Below, one piece after another: positions 24,824-36,996 of a DNA stretch of 64,000 nt. The notes beneath the pieces are model-generated. The model did not search any database, had not been told where the DNA came from, and was given only the letters and a program-made list of their open reading frames with translations. The stretch spans positions 62,001 through 126,000 of the forward strand of contig JAGIQG010000077.1 of NCBI GenBank assembly GCA_024679065.1, in the 5' to 3' direction. Within the stretch, counting starts at the first letter, position 1, and every line of letters starts with the position of its first letter. The stretch comes from Sphyrna mokarran (lineage: Eukaryota). The position numbers and the translations under genes were made by a program.

Positions 24824-26843
24824 TAGAACATAGAACATAGAACATTACAGTGCAGTACAGGCCCTTCGGCCTTCGATGCTGCGCCGACCATTATAGAAAA
24901 GCAATGACCCTCCAAACTAAACCATTCCCTTCTCTTCCATAAACTTATCAACTAACCTCTTAAACGCCACCAAACTTGGCGCATCTACAACTGCCGCAGG
25001 CAGGGCATTCCACTCCCTAACAACCCTCTGGGTAAAGAACCTACCTCTGATATCCGTCCTATAACTATCACCCCTTAATTTAAAGCTGTGTCCCCTCGTG
25101 CTAGCTTTCTCCATCCTAGGAAAAAGGCTATCACTGTCCACCCTATCTAAACCTCTAATCATCTTATATGTTTCAATAAGGTCTCCTCTTAGCCGCCTTC
25201 TTTCTATCGAAAACAACCTCAAATCCCTCAGCCTCTCTTCATAAGACCTGCCCTCCATACCAGGCAACATCCTGGTAAACCTCCTCTGTACCCTCTCCAA
25301 TGCCTCCACGTCTTTCTTATAATGTGGGGACCAGAACTGCACACAATACTCCAAGTGCAGACTGTCAGGCAAGGAGGAAATGGTCGAGTAAGGGAACCTT
25401 GGTGTACGAAAAAAGTTGATTCGCTGGTTAAAAGGAAAAAGGAGGCTTATGTCAGGATGAGGCTTGAAGGCTCGGTTAGTGCAATGGATAGCTATAGATT
25501 AGCCAGGAGGGAGCTAAGGAGTGAGTTGAGGAGAGCTAAAAGGGGACACGAGAAGACTTTGGCTGATAGGATCAAGGAGAATCCTAAAGCTTTCTTTAGA
25601 TATGTTAAGAATAGAAAATTGGTTAGGGCAAGATTAGGGCCAGTCATGGACAGCAATGGGAAGTTGTGCGTGGAGCCTGAAGAGATTGGAGAGGCACTGA
25701 ATAAATATTTCTCTTCGGTATTCACGCAGGGTGATGTAAATGTAGTTGTGGAGAACACTGAGGTACAGGGCTGCAAACTGGAAAGTATTGAAGTAGATAG
25801 GGAGGATGTGCTAGATATTGTTGAGGGTTTGAAGTTGGATAAGTCCCCTGGGCCGTTCGGGATTTACCCTAGGATTCTCTGGGAGGCAAGACAGGCGATT
25901 GCAGAGCCTCTGGCTCTGATCTTCAGGTCGTCGTTGGTTACGGGTATGGTTCCGGAGGACTGGAGGATAGTGAATGTGGTCCCATTGTTCAAGAAGGGGA
26001 AGAGAGACCTTCCAGGGAATTATAGGCCAGTAAGTCTTACTTCTGTTATGGGCAAAGTATTGGAGAGAATAATTAGGGATAGGATTTATAGTTATTTAGA
26101 GAGAAATGAATTGATTGGGGATAGTCAGCATGGTTTTGTGAAGGGTAGGTCGTGCCTTACTAACCTTATTGAGTTTTTTGTAAAAGTGACCAAAGAGGTG
26201 GATGGGGGTAAGGCAGTTGATGTGGTATATATGGACTTTAGTAAGGCTTTCGATAAGGTGGCCCATGGAAGGCTTCTGCAGAAAATGCAGATGTATGGGA
26301 TAGAGGGTGATTTAGCTAATTGGATTAGGAATTGGCTAGCAGATAGAAGACAGAGGTGGTGGTTGATGGGAGATATTCATCGTGGAGTTCGGTGACAAGT
26401 GGTGTGCTTCAGGGGTCTGTTTTGGGGCCCCTGCTGTTTGTAATTTTTATAAATGATCTGGATGAGGGTATTGAGGGATGGATCAGTAAATTTGCAGATG
26501 ATACTAAAGTTGGTGGTGTGGTAGATAGTGAAGAGGGGTGTTTTAGTTTACAGAGTGACTTGGACAAGTTGCAGAGCTGGGCCGAGAGGTGGCCAATGGA
26601 GTTTAATGTGGAAAAGTGTGAGGTAATGCACTTTGGCAGGAATAATAAATGTGTAGAGTATAGGGCTAATGGTAGGATTCTTAATAGTGCTGATGAACAG
26701 AGGGATCTTGGTGTATTTGTGCATAGATCCCTGAAAGTAGGCAGTCAAGTCGATAAGGTTGTTAAGAAGGCATATGGAGTCTTAGCTTTTATTGGTAGGG
26801 GGATTGAATTTCGGAACCCCAACGTCATGTTGCAACTGTACAA
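24824..26843. mobile_element. CR1 copy B with 5' inversion (3' part on minus, 24824-25358; inverted 5' part on plus, 25359-26843)
   Basis: The two halves are consecutive parts of ORF2 in opposite orientation, with 15 bp missing between them. Confidence 0.93.
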
Positions 26844-27844
26844 TAGTACACTAAAAACTGTAAAAACTGTGACCCCATGTTCAGATGAAAGGAACTACTC
26901 TGTTCATGCGAGTTTGCTTTGTTTTCCTCACATAAATGTTCAGTAAAGGTTCAGTAATGCCCTTTAGGAAGGAAGTTTCCCTTCCTTATCTGCTTTGCCC
27001 GACGTGTGGACACTTGAGCCAGAGTAATGTGATTGATTTTTAACGGCCCTCCAAAAGCAACTAGGGATGGCCAAAAAATGGTGGCCCAGCCAGCAACACC
27101 CGTGTCTCAAAAATGAACATTCAAAAAAGCTTGTGATGGCTTCATTTCACTTTTACATAGTAAAATATGATTTTATTTGAACCCTACATATCAGAGCAAT
27201 TGGTTCACTGCACTGTGTTTTCAAAGAGCCAGTTTTTCCCTAAATCCTTCGCTCCTTTTCTCTATTTTCCTCCCTAACTTCCTTTTGTTTCAAAGGGTAT
27301 TTGATAGTAAGCAAGGTGGCTTTGGAATAGAGACACATGTCAGCCAGGCCAGGTGAGAACGATAGATTTCTTTCCCGAAACCAGTTGCATTTTACGACAA
27401 TCCTCATTGGTTTAATGGTCATCATTTGACTTCTAAACTCTGATTTCTATTGGAGACAAGATCCCGGTTGAGGTCATCCTCATGAAAGGGGAACTTGGCT
27501 ATGATTTTGTGTTTGGCGAGTATGCATTTTCTTGTATCTTGAACACCGCCTTGGAGACCGCTTACCCGTCACTATGCATCGCTCCACACACATTGCCTGC
27601 ACCAGTAAAGACTTGATTAACTGTAAAGACTCGCATTCCAACCATTGTCTTGCAACTGTGTCTCTATCTATATAGACCATGCTTGTGAACCCACCTTTCC
27701 TCTCACCTGAAAAAGGAGCAGTGTTTCAAAGGTTCTTGATTCCAAATAAATCTGCTGGACTTTATCCTGCTGTTGTGAGATTTCTTACTGCCCTACACAA
27801 TATTGAAGATTCATTTCCATGGCAACGTTGTTATCATTGTATTA

Positions 27845-28184
27845 ACATAGAATTCTACAGTGCAGAAAGAGGCCCTTCGGCCCATTGAGTTTGCACCGAA
27901 CACAATCCTACCCAGGCCCTACCCCCTTATCCCTATACATTATACCCACTAATCCCTCTAACCTACACATCCCTAGACGCTAAGGAGCAATTTCTTAGCA
28001 TGGCCAATCAAACTGACCCACATATCTGTGGATTGTGGGAGAAACCGGAGCACCCGGAGGAAACCCACACAGATACAGGGAGAATGTACAAACTCTACAC
28101 AGAAAATGACCCGAACCGAGAATCGAACCCAGAACCCTGGAGCTGTAAAGCAACAGTGCTAACCACTGTGCTACCGTGTCGCCC
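27845..28184 (-). mobile_element. HE1-type V-SINE, near full length
   Basis: tRNA-derived head (GGGCGACACGGTAGCACAGTGG...GGTTCGATTC), V-domain (ttggccatgctaa...ttgc), LINE-like tail. Confidence 0.88.
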
Positions 28185-31100
28185 TACCAGAATGGTAGGA
28201 TGCGATCTTTATGGAGTTTTGCCTTTTTCTCTAATTTATAATTCAGATGTTACTACTTCTAAGTTTGTGAAGCTTTGCAAGAAAGTTTCCAGTTAGCGAT
28301 CAAGGGATTCTCATCACATGGTTACACTGCGTAGGAGTCACATCAGTCTAACTGTTTAGTCTTCAATCACGAGAAGCAATCGGATATGGTTCAATTTGTA
28401 GTTTCACCTATTTAGTAAGTTCCATCTCCCAGACACTGGCAAAGTGGGTTGCCGATTTAATAGATCTCCCATTTGACTATCCCATTCTTTTCAACGAGAA
28501 CTTTGTTTATGTTATAAATATAAATGCTGGATAAAATCAGCCGTTCAGCCAGTCCGCGGAGACATAAACGCAGTTTCACAGGCATTCTCTCTCTTCACCA
28601 TGGCGCTCAGTGTATACCAATAATTGAGCAAAGATCCTTCGACAGCACTTTCCAAACTCACGACCACTGCCTTGTAGAAGGACCAGAGCAGCTTATGCAC
28701 GAGAACACCACCATCAGCAAGTTTCCCTTCGAGCCACCCACCATCCTGCCTTGGAAATATATTGGTGTCACTAGGCCAACATCCTGGAATTCACTCCCTA
28801 ACGGCCATTTTGTCAAACCATAGTAGGTGGTCTGAAGTCTTTCAAGAAGTCAGCTCGCGTCATGAGGACCAGTGAGGATGGGGAACGAATTCTGACCATC
28901 TAGCGACCACCATATCCCAGGAATGAATTAAAAAAAGATCATTTTAGATTCATGTGAGTTGTGCAGAATTTGAACTGTGATGTTGTGTTCGCTTAAACAC
29001 ATCTCAGTTTAGCATGAAGATCTTGGAATGAAAAAGGGATACATTGCGAGAACACGTTACGCAGAGTAATCTTATTCCTTCCAGCGGATAAGATGATGAG
29101 ATGGTCTAATGGCCTTGTTTAAGTTTGAAAAATAATTTGATGAGTTGATGGAGCGAAAGTGTCCTCTTAAGGGGGCGGAGTAGGGGGAGGTTTCCATAAC
29201 ATGGGGTCAGAGCTTTTAAGTTACTGCCAGAGTGTTTAGGGGTGATGTCAGGGTGCACTTTGCCAGTGTGGACTGGTACTGTGGATCACTGTCCCCCAAG
29301 AAGATCTTGATGCCAGGATAAATGTCATTTTGTTGGATTATGTTATAGGGCCCCGTGTTCAATTCCGACTCTGGCACATGGCAAAAGACAAACATAACAG
29401 AAAACACTTGCAATTAAATTCTAATGTATAATTAAAACCAGTTGGTGTAAAAAAAAGTCTGTGTTGACAAGTCACTCAGCTAGTTGAAAGGTAAATAAGG
29501 ATGGCCAAAACATACTGGCGAACCGGTGACGCCGCCATCCCACGAATGAACTAATTGAAGAAATAGTGAAGTTTCTCCTTTGGAAAGAAAAGGGCCTAAA
29601 GCTTCCAATGTTTGCAATATCGAAATTGCAACGGATATACATCATCACCTCAATGAAACGTCCTTTGAATTTCACTTTCATAATGAACTATTTATTTTAT
29701 TCAGAAGGCCAATGTCATTTACATCAATTGATGTATCGATTCATCAACTGATTTTGTTTATGCTTCACGCTGCCTCCGAAAAATAGCGAGGTTATCCAAG
29801 GACCCCACTTACCACGGACAAACTCTCTTCCACCTTCTTCCATCAGTAAAAAAATACAGAAGATCATGTACCAACCAACTTAAGAACAGCATCTTCCCTG
29901 CTGCCAACAGGCTTTTGAATGAACATACTATTATTACGTGTTGTTTCTCTACACCTATGACTGTAACAATGCATTCTGCACCCTCTCCTAACCTTCTCCC
30001 CTATGTACTCTCTGAAATGTATGTTTTGTCAGCAAGAAGAAATAATTTTCAGTGTATCCCAATCCATGTAACAATAATAAATCAAATCAAACCAAATTTA
30101 ATCAAACATCTCCAAAAAACAATTCTCTCTTCCCATGATCTCTTCATTAAAAAATACACATTATTTCCAGGACAACAGGCCACTGTCACAGTGTTTGTAA
30201 ACTACACCAGCCTCCTCCGATCCACATTCTGCCCATCCCCCCACAACATGTTCTATTGTTATCTCCCTCCTGTGTTGATCCAATTTCCCCCTAAATGAGT
30301 ATCTGATATTCTACTTAACCAAACCCTGTTGTACGGAGTTCCACATTCTATGCTATTTCTGGGAAAGGTATTTCTCTTGAACTTAACATTGGATCCATGA
30401 GGGAATAACGAGTGCTGGGAGTCCAATGTTCTTGTGTCCCCTCACTTTCTATACGTATACCCTTTTGAATCTTTCATACATTCCAAGATCTATTTTAGGT
30501 CACCCCGCACCCCCCCCCACCCCCAAGTCGAACAAAGAACAAAGAACAACACAACACAGCACGGGATACAGGCCGTTCGGCCCAACGAGCCCGCGCCGCC
30601 ATTTTAACATTGTGAGTGCCCTCTTCTACCTATGACCTTTGTCTTCGCTTACTGGACTACACAATAAAGGAATCATACCCAGATTGAGGGATGACTAATT
30701 TAGGGACAATTTGCTCATGCTGATGCTAATATCATAACATTACATGACTACATTACTGATATCAATCCAATCAAGTTGTTGCCCTCAGTTAAACGTTACC
30801 CATCCCTTCTATACAGGCATACTGTAATCTGGTAATCCAGATTCAACGAACACATTTGGACAGTTTGGACTCACAAATGGAATGCTTGATTTTGGAAACA
30901 TGTTGTAACGTATTGGTTCTTTGGATGCTCTCCTTTCTGCTCAAACCCAAATGAAAATGCACAATTCATTAAAAAAATACATAAGATAGAAACATGTACG
31001 TCGGGGCTCTGCAGCAATTAGATAGGACCAAATGTCAGAGTTCTCTTGACATGGTGCAAGTTCCATTAGGCGTTAAGAATGCCCAGTAGGTGGTAAGCCG

Positions 31101-32260
31101 TGCCCCTTTACTCCTTGTTACTGATAACGCAGCCAGAAACGAAATTTGGCATGGCAGTCCTTTGGGCAGACTCCACCAACGCCCTTGCTTTCTAAGAAGG
31201 CTAAGGAAATTCTTTGACTTTAATCAAATGTTAACGATGCAGCGCAATAAAGCATCTTTTCCGGATGGTTCAAATGTTAGTCTGGCTCCTGCTCCTACCA
31301 AGATCGCAAGACACTATTACCAAAGATTATATATTAAGCCCAGTCCAATGCACAAAGCAACATCTTTTCCAAGGCAGCGGAAGACACTTTTCCAAGACAC
31401 TTTCGGCTGATTTGGAAAATCAGCCAGCAGAAGCAAAGATCCTTTGTACCCTGGACATACACTTTTCTACCTCCTCCTGTCGGAAAAAAAGATACAAATG
31501 TCTGAGGTCACCGATCAAGAACAGTTTCTTCCCTGCTGTCGTCAGACTTTTGACCTCTATTATATTAAGTTCATCTTTCCCTGCACCTCAGCTACGACTG
31601 TAACATTACACTGTGCACTCTCCTTTCTTTCTCTATAAACGGTATGCTTTGGCTGCATTGCGTGCAAGAAACAATCCGTTTCACTGTATACAAATACATA
31701 TGACAACAATAATTCAAATCAAACATTCAGGCTTTCTTCAAATGAAGAAGAAACAATTGAAACGATCTTAACTGCGTCATATCCCGGAAAGAGATCGTGA
31801 GATCTTAGTTGTTGATGCTCCTGTTGCCGCCGATTATGCCAATAGATAACTCCTCCATGCCAACCAGCCCATGTGTCAATGCACCTTGTATGTTCATCCA
31901 AGCGACAGAGTCCGGATTGCTGGGATCTGTGGCAAAACTGTGTGAGATACAATACCTGAAAGAGACAAGGTTAACACTACCTGTTCTGCTTCGGCAGGAA
32001 GGAGAACATCATTCCTCTGAAGTATGGGCATGAACAAAATATAACATACATCATTCTTTCATCAACAAATCACACTGAGTTCAAATGTTGATGGTTAGCT
32101 TTGAACCAATAACCCGTACAAGGGAGGATGAGGAAGAATACACAAGCAGTGAAGGGTAATGCGTTTTGCTAATTGCAGCACAACAGTTGCGATTGCAAAA
32201 TTGGAAAGGAAAACAAAAATTAGATCGAGAGCCAATGTGATACTGACCCAGCTAATAGAT

Positions 32261-32589
32261 CATAGAATCTCATAGTGCAGAAAGAGGTCCTTCCTGCCAT
32301 TGAGTCTGCACCGAACACAACCCCACCCTGGCCCTACCACCATAAATTATACCCACTAATCCTCTAACATACACATCACTGGACACTAAGGGGCAATTTG
32401 TAGCATGGCCAATTAACCTAACCTGTACATCTTTGGACTGTGGGAGGAAACCGGAGTAGCAGGAGGCAACGCACGCTGATACGAGGAGAACGTGCAAACT
32501 CCACACAGACAGTGACCCGGGCCGGGAGTCGAACCCAGGACCCTGGAGCTGTAGAAGTAGCAATGCTAACCACTGTGCTACCACGCCCC
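32261..32589 (-). mobile_element. HE1-type V-SINE, near full length
   Basis: A/B boxes (GGTAGCACAGTGG, GGTTCGACTCC), V-domain, tail. Confidence 0.9.
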
Positions 32590-34107
32590 TTCAAATCATG
32601 GATCTGGTTTGGGGAATAACCCACTTGAAAATGCGTGGAAAACCAGCAACGACAAATCACCCCCTGCCATCATCACCCCCTCACTTCACAAACCACCCTC
32701 ACACCACCCAAACCCAACCGCCCTCTTGCGTTTATTAGCCGTACTAAATTGTCCCTTTGAGTGCAAAGATGCGTCAGTTAGATGGATTGGCTAAGGCAAA
32801 TTGCCCCTATCCGCCCAAAAATGACTAGATTAAGTGGATGATCCCTTAGTGCCCAAAGACGTGCGATTCGATACAGATATGGAGGTGGGGCCTGGGTGGA
32901 ATTGTTGTCAGTGTTCATTGGGTCGAATGACCTCCTTCTGCTCTGTAAGGATTCTACAATTCTATGATTCTGCTGATTGGTGCCTGAGGATCTTTTATCT
33001 CCCAAAAGGAGAGATTGATTGTTTCTGTTGACCATCTCTTCTGAGATATTGGAGAATAGATGACACGTGAGTGATTTGGAAGAATTAATTCCTTCAACAG
33101 AAAATTATTGTTAGTGTCATAATTAGGCTTGCATTTACACTGCAAATGAAGTTACTGTGAAAATCCCTTAGATCTTTTGCCGTATTAGCACTTTCCTGTT
33201 TGATCCGTAATTTCGCATCTCATGAGAGCAGAGATCACAATTTTAACATCTTTCCCCCTTCCTTGACCGAATAGTATTGCAGCCACATCCAATACTGAAG
33301 GTGGCGCTGTTGGCAGCCATTTCCTCCACACCAGTTAACTCTGATCAACACTAGAACAGTTACGTCAGGCGGTGCTGTTGACAAATACCACGTTTACATG
33401 AAATGGCTCTGTTCACAGTCACTCCCAATTGAATGGTTTCTCTCAAAGAGTCACTGCATCTACCGTTGGTGAATATGTTCTCGCTCTTAGGCAATCCTGT
33501 TCACTGTGATTCTCCCTAAAGTAGCTGAACGGTTCTATCAAATCCCTTTTACCATTTCCCCCTTTCCGGGAGAAAAAATGCAAGCATCTCCACACTCTTC
33601 AGAGAACAGAAGATTCCATTCCTAGTGCCAAGATAGCAAATGGCTTCTGGGCACTTCTGACGGCCGTGATACCCTCGCTGTGGTTTTCCATTCATAATTG
33701 TGCGCAACATCCCTTCTTTGAAATGACGAGAATTTTCACAGACTTACATATAAATTGCAGCCTGAATGTTCAATTCCTCTGTAGAGAAACTAATTGAATA
33801 TTTTTTTTACCAAATGACCCTCTCAATTCATTCTGCCAACTTCAATGTTTCAGAATCTGCAGTTCTCTATCTCTTCAATCTGTGATCCTCTTTAAGTTTT
33901 TAACCATATTCCTTACTGGTGCCTGAACTCTTCATAATGGAACGCACAACTTCGTTCTTCTGGGTTAATGTGGATCAGCCAAGTGGTTGGTTATGTCCGC
34001 CTGAAGTCAATAAGACCAGTTGACCATTAGTTGTAGGAGCAAAATTAGGCCATTTGGTCCAACGCGTCTGCTCCACCATCCGGTCATGACTGATCGGTTT
34101 CTCATTC

Positions 34108-34420
34108 CATAGAAGCCCTACAGTGCAGAAAGAGACCATTCAGTCCATCGAGACCGCACCAACGACAGTCACACCCAGGCCTGATCTCCTATTTTGTCCG
34201 CTAATCCCTCTACCTACGCATCCCACGACACAAAGGGACAATTGAGCACGGCCAATCCACCTAAACTGCAATCTTCGGATCGTGGGAAGAAACTGGAGAA
34301 CAGTGAGGATACCCACGCGGACATGGGGAGAATGTGCAAACTCTGCACAGACAGTGACCCGAGCTGGGAATCGCACCCAGGTCCCTGGAGCTGTGAAACA
34401 ACATCACTACAATACTCTGC
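34108..34420 (-). mobile_element. HE1-type V-SINE
   Basis: Same head, V-domain and tail layout. Confidence 0.8.
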
Positions 34421-35441
34421 TGCCCAATCCCCTGCCTTTCCGCTGTAACATTTGATTCTCTTATCAATCAAAAGCGCATGAATCTGTTAAATACATTCAG
34501 TGACCTGGCCTCCAGAGTTTTCTGCGGCAATGAATTTCACAGATTCACCACCCTCTGGCTGAAGACACTTCTCCACATCTCAGATCTTAAGAATTGCCCC
34601 GTTACTCCGAGATGTGCTCTCGGATCCTAATCTTTTCTGCTAATGGAAGCACCTTCTATACGTCCACTCGATCCAGGTGTTTTAGTATTAAGCAAGTTTT
34701 AATGAGATCCCCACCACCCTCTAAACTCCATTGAGTACAAAACCATAGTTCTCAAATGCTCCTCATATTGTCCGACAGATGTAACCTTCCATCTCCCCCA
34801 TGATCCTTGCATACCTCGCATATCCTCTTTTCAATAAGGCCTCTTTCCGCAATGTAGGGATACTATCGATCTTAAACCTTTTCAATAATGTTTTATCCTT
34901 CCAGTAATGAGGTGACCTCAACTCCACACCATATGCTTGTTGTGGACACCTGAGTGAACCGCATTCAGATCCACCCTCAGAACACCAACTCAGGCCCCTT
35001 TCACCCTCAAACCTCGCACTCAGGTCCACTTCTCCCTCAGACCCACAACACAGTACCCTTTTCCCTCACACTTTCCACTGCATCCCCTTCCTTGTTCGGG
35101 CCTCCTACTCAGGCCTCTTCTGGCCATGTGTCTTGGCACCGCTCGTCCAGGGAGAGCACGGGATTCTTGGCATGGCTGTCACCTGCCACATGCACCAGCA
35201 TTGGTGCAATCACCTCAAATGGAAATGTTAGCATTTAGGAATCTGGGATACTTTCTGCATATTAGGAGGAGAACAACAAAGGAAAAAGAAAAGAACAGTG
35301 CAACGAAAGAACAGGCCCTTCGGGCCACCAAACCTGCGTGGATCTTGATCTAGAACAACCACCTCTAAGCCTTGGTTACTCGCCTGTTGATTTATCTGTC
35401 CAGACGGATAGATAGAGAAATAGATAGATAGAAATAGAGAT

Positions 35442-35638
35442 NNNNNNNNNNNNNNNNNNNNNNNNNNNNNNNNNNNNNNNNNNNNNNNNNNNNNNNNNNN
35501 NNNNNNNNNNNNNNNNNNNNNNNNNNNNNNNNNNNNNNNNNNNNNNNNNNNNNNNNNNNNNNNNNNNNNNNNNNNNNNNNNNNNNNNNNNNNNNNNNNNN
35601 NNNNNNNNNNNNNNNNNNNNNNNNNNNNNNNNNNNNNN
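35442..35638. other. Assembly gap (197 N) next to a (GATA)n-like microsatellite
   Basis: Run of N preceded by GATA repeats. Confidence 1.
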
Positions 35639-36585
35639 TCCGATCAATCATTGAACTCTAACGTTTTCCCTCATTCCAATGTGATTCAATGATTGGAGGG
35701 GGGGCAATCTTCAGCATTCCGTCATTGCTCACATGTATTACAGCAGTTACTATCCACACCATCCAACTTGTACAGTGAGGCCTTTGCCTCTTGTCCTCCC
35801 TACTTGCACCATACCCTCCTGTCTCCATCATTCCTGCCTTCACACCACCTACAGAATCCTTCTGGATTTGCGGAAAGTGGGGAAGGCCAAAGTTTTCCTT
35901 CAGTTAGAGAAGTGAACCTCCAGGTAAGTTGTACTGCACTGAGTGACACTCGCTTTTTTTAGAATCTGAACTTCCAAAACTTCCAACAAACTCTTTGCTA
36001 CTTCCGAGCAAATTCCCAGGGTCATTAATGTCATCCAGTGAGATCTGGATAAGAAAGGAAGGAACAGCTGGCATGACGGCATAGTGAGCATCGTCCTTTA
36101 TGCAGCTGCCTCTGTGTGTCTCAGGGCTGTGGCACATTCTAAAATGGATTAACTGGAAACATTTCTTGCACCTACTGCTGGGGAGCCTGACCCTTGTGTG
36201 AACTCATGCTTCCCATTCCTCTCCCTGACCTGGTGCGGGACTGTGTATGAAGGGAGTTCCCAAGAGGGGTTCCAACATCCAATACACAGTGAGAGTTTGA
36301 TTGGTGTGACGTTAGCGTTTCTTTAAGAATATGTATATATATATGTATATATATATATAAATCATGATCTCTGAAGCTCTTACAATTAGTTTTTCTTAGC
36401 TCATAGCCTTAGGTGTTGTCATTGGTAGGATGAGAAAAAAGTGTGCCGAACAAGGGTTGGTTTTAAATTGTTTTGTCGCTGTGTCACAAGCATAACCAAA
36501 TGAAGTTTCTCTGTCTGTCTGTTTTATTGTATTTATTCGTCAATAGAAACATTTGATGCAGCGTGAAAGTCGAAGAAAAATTCAT

Positions 36586-36591
36586 TTTATT
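36586..36591 (-). promoter_or_regulatory. Candidate polyadenylation signal (AATAAA) of the VJ-C1 gene
   Basis: TTTATT on the + strand ~335 nt after the stop; further copies near 36523-36537. Confidence 0.5.
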
Positions 36592-36924
36592 TACAGAAAG
36601 AAATTTACAAACAATTAACAATCGCATCAGTAACTGGAGTTACAGAATATGGCATTGAAGAGTAAGGAAAACCAAGGAATTATTTCGTGTGTTACTTCAC
36701 ACTTGCATGGCCTTAATATTGTAGAATATCTTTCACAATGCTGAAGAAACTCGTTACACATTTGACAAAATGAGCCAGTCTTTCTCATCTGTGGCCATTA
36801 TGCGAGGAACATTCAGTAGTTTGAAGCGGATGTACTTGCTCCCATGTTGATTTCCATTGGGCAGAACATACATTGGTAATTCCAGTCTCCTGTATAATAC
36901 ATCACAGACAAAACTCCCCGATTC

Positions 36925-36996
36925 TCATTTCCGGGTCTGCTTTTTTGACTTTTTTTCCAATGCAGCCAAATCCAGGGAGGCATAGAGAGGTCCACC
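36925..36996 (-). CDS. Exon 8, terminal cytoplasmic exon GGPLYASLDLAALEKKSKKQTRK*
   Basis: TCTCAG acceptor, with an in-frame alternative acceptor 6 nt upstream (exon start 37002); YASL tyrosine motif typical of last exons of IgSF inhibitory receptors; TGA stop. Confidence 0.85.
   Translation of the reverse strand, partial: GGPLYASLDLAALEKKSKKQTRK

Larger units (their letters stand above)
14781..25358. repeat. Tandem array of a ~3.2-kb unit (CR1 + ~1.3-1.4 kb SINE/unique spacer); periods 3171, 3242 and 3630 bp
   Basis: Spacer sequence is repeated at 16618, 19779 and 23024; CR1 tails start at 14781, 17952, 21194 and 24824. Confidence 0.95.

Noticed and set aside
14916-26946. Host RT genes or a retron-like system
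   Set aside because: All are 5'-truncated, frameshifted CR1 ORF2 copies lacking the endonuclease domain.
31830-31900. C-type lectin N-terminal motif (CIDTWAGWHGGVIYW)
   Set aside because: It lacks the second Cys and all downstream CTLD motifs such as WIGL.
32520-32589. tRNA genes
   Set aside because: A/B-box sequences are heads of tRNA-derived SINEs, continuous with SINE bodies.
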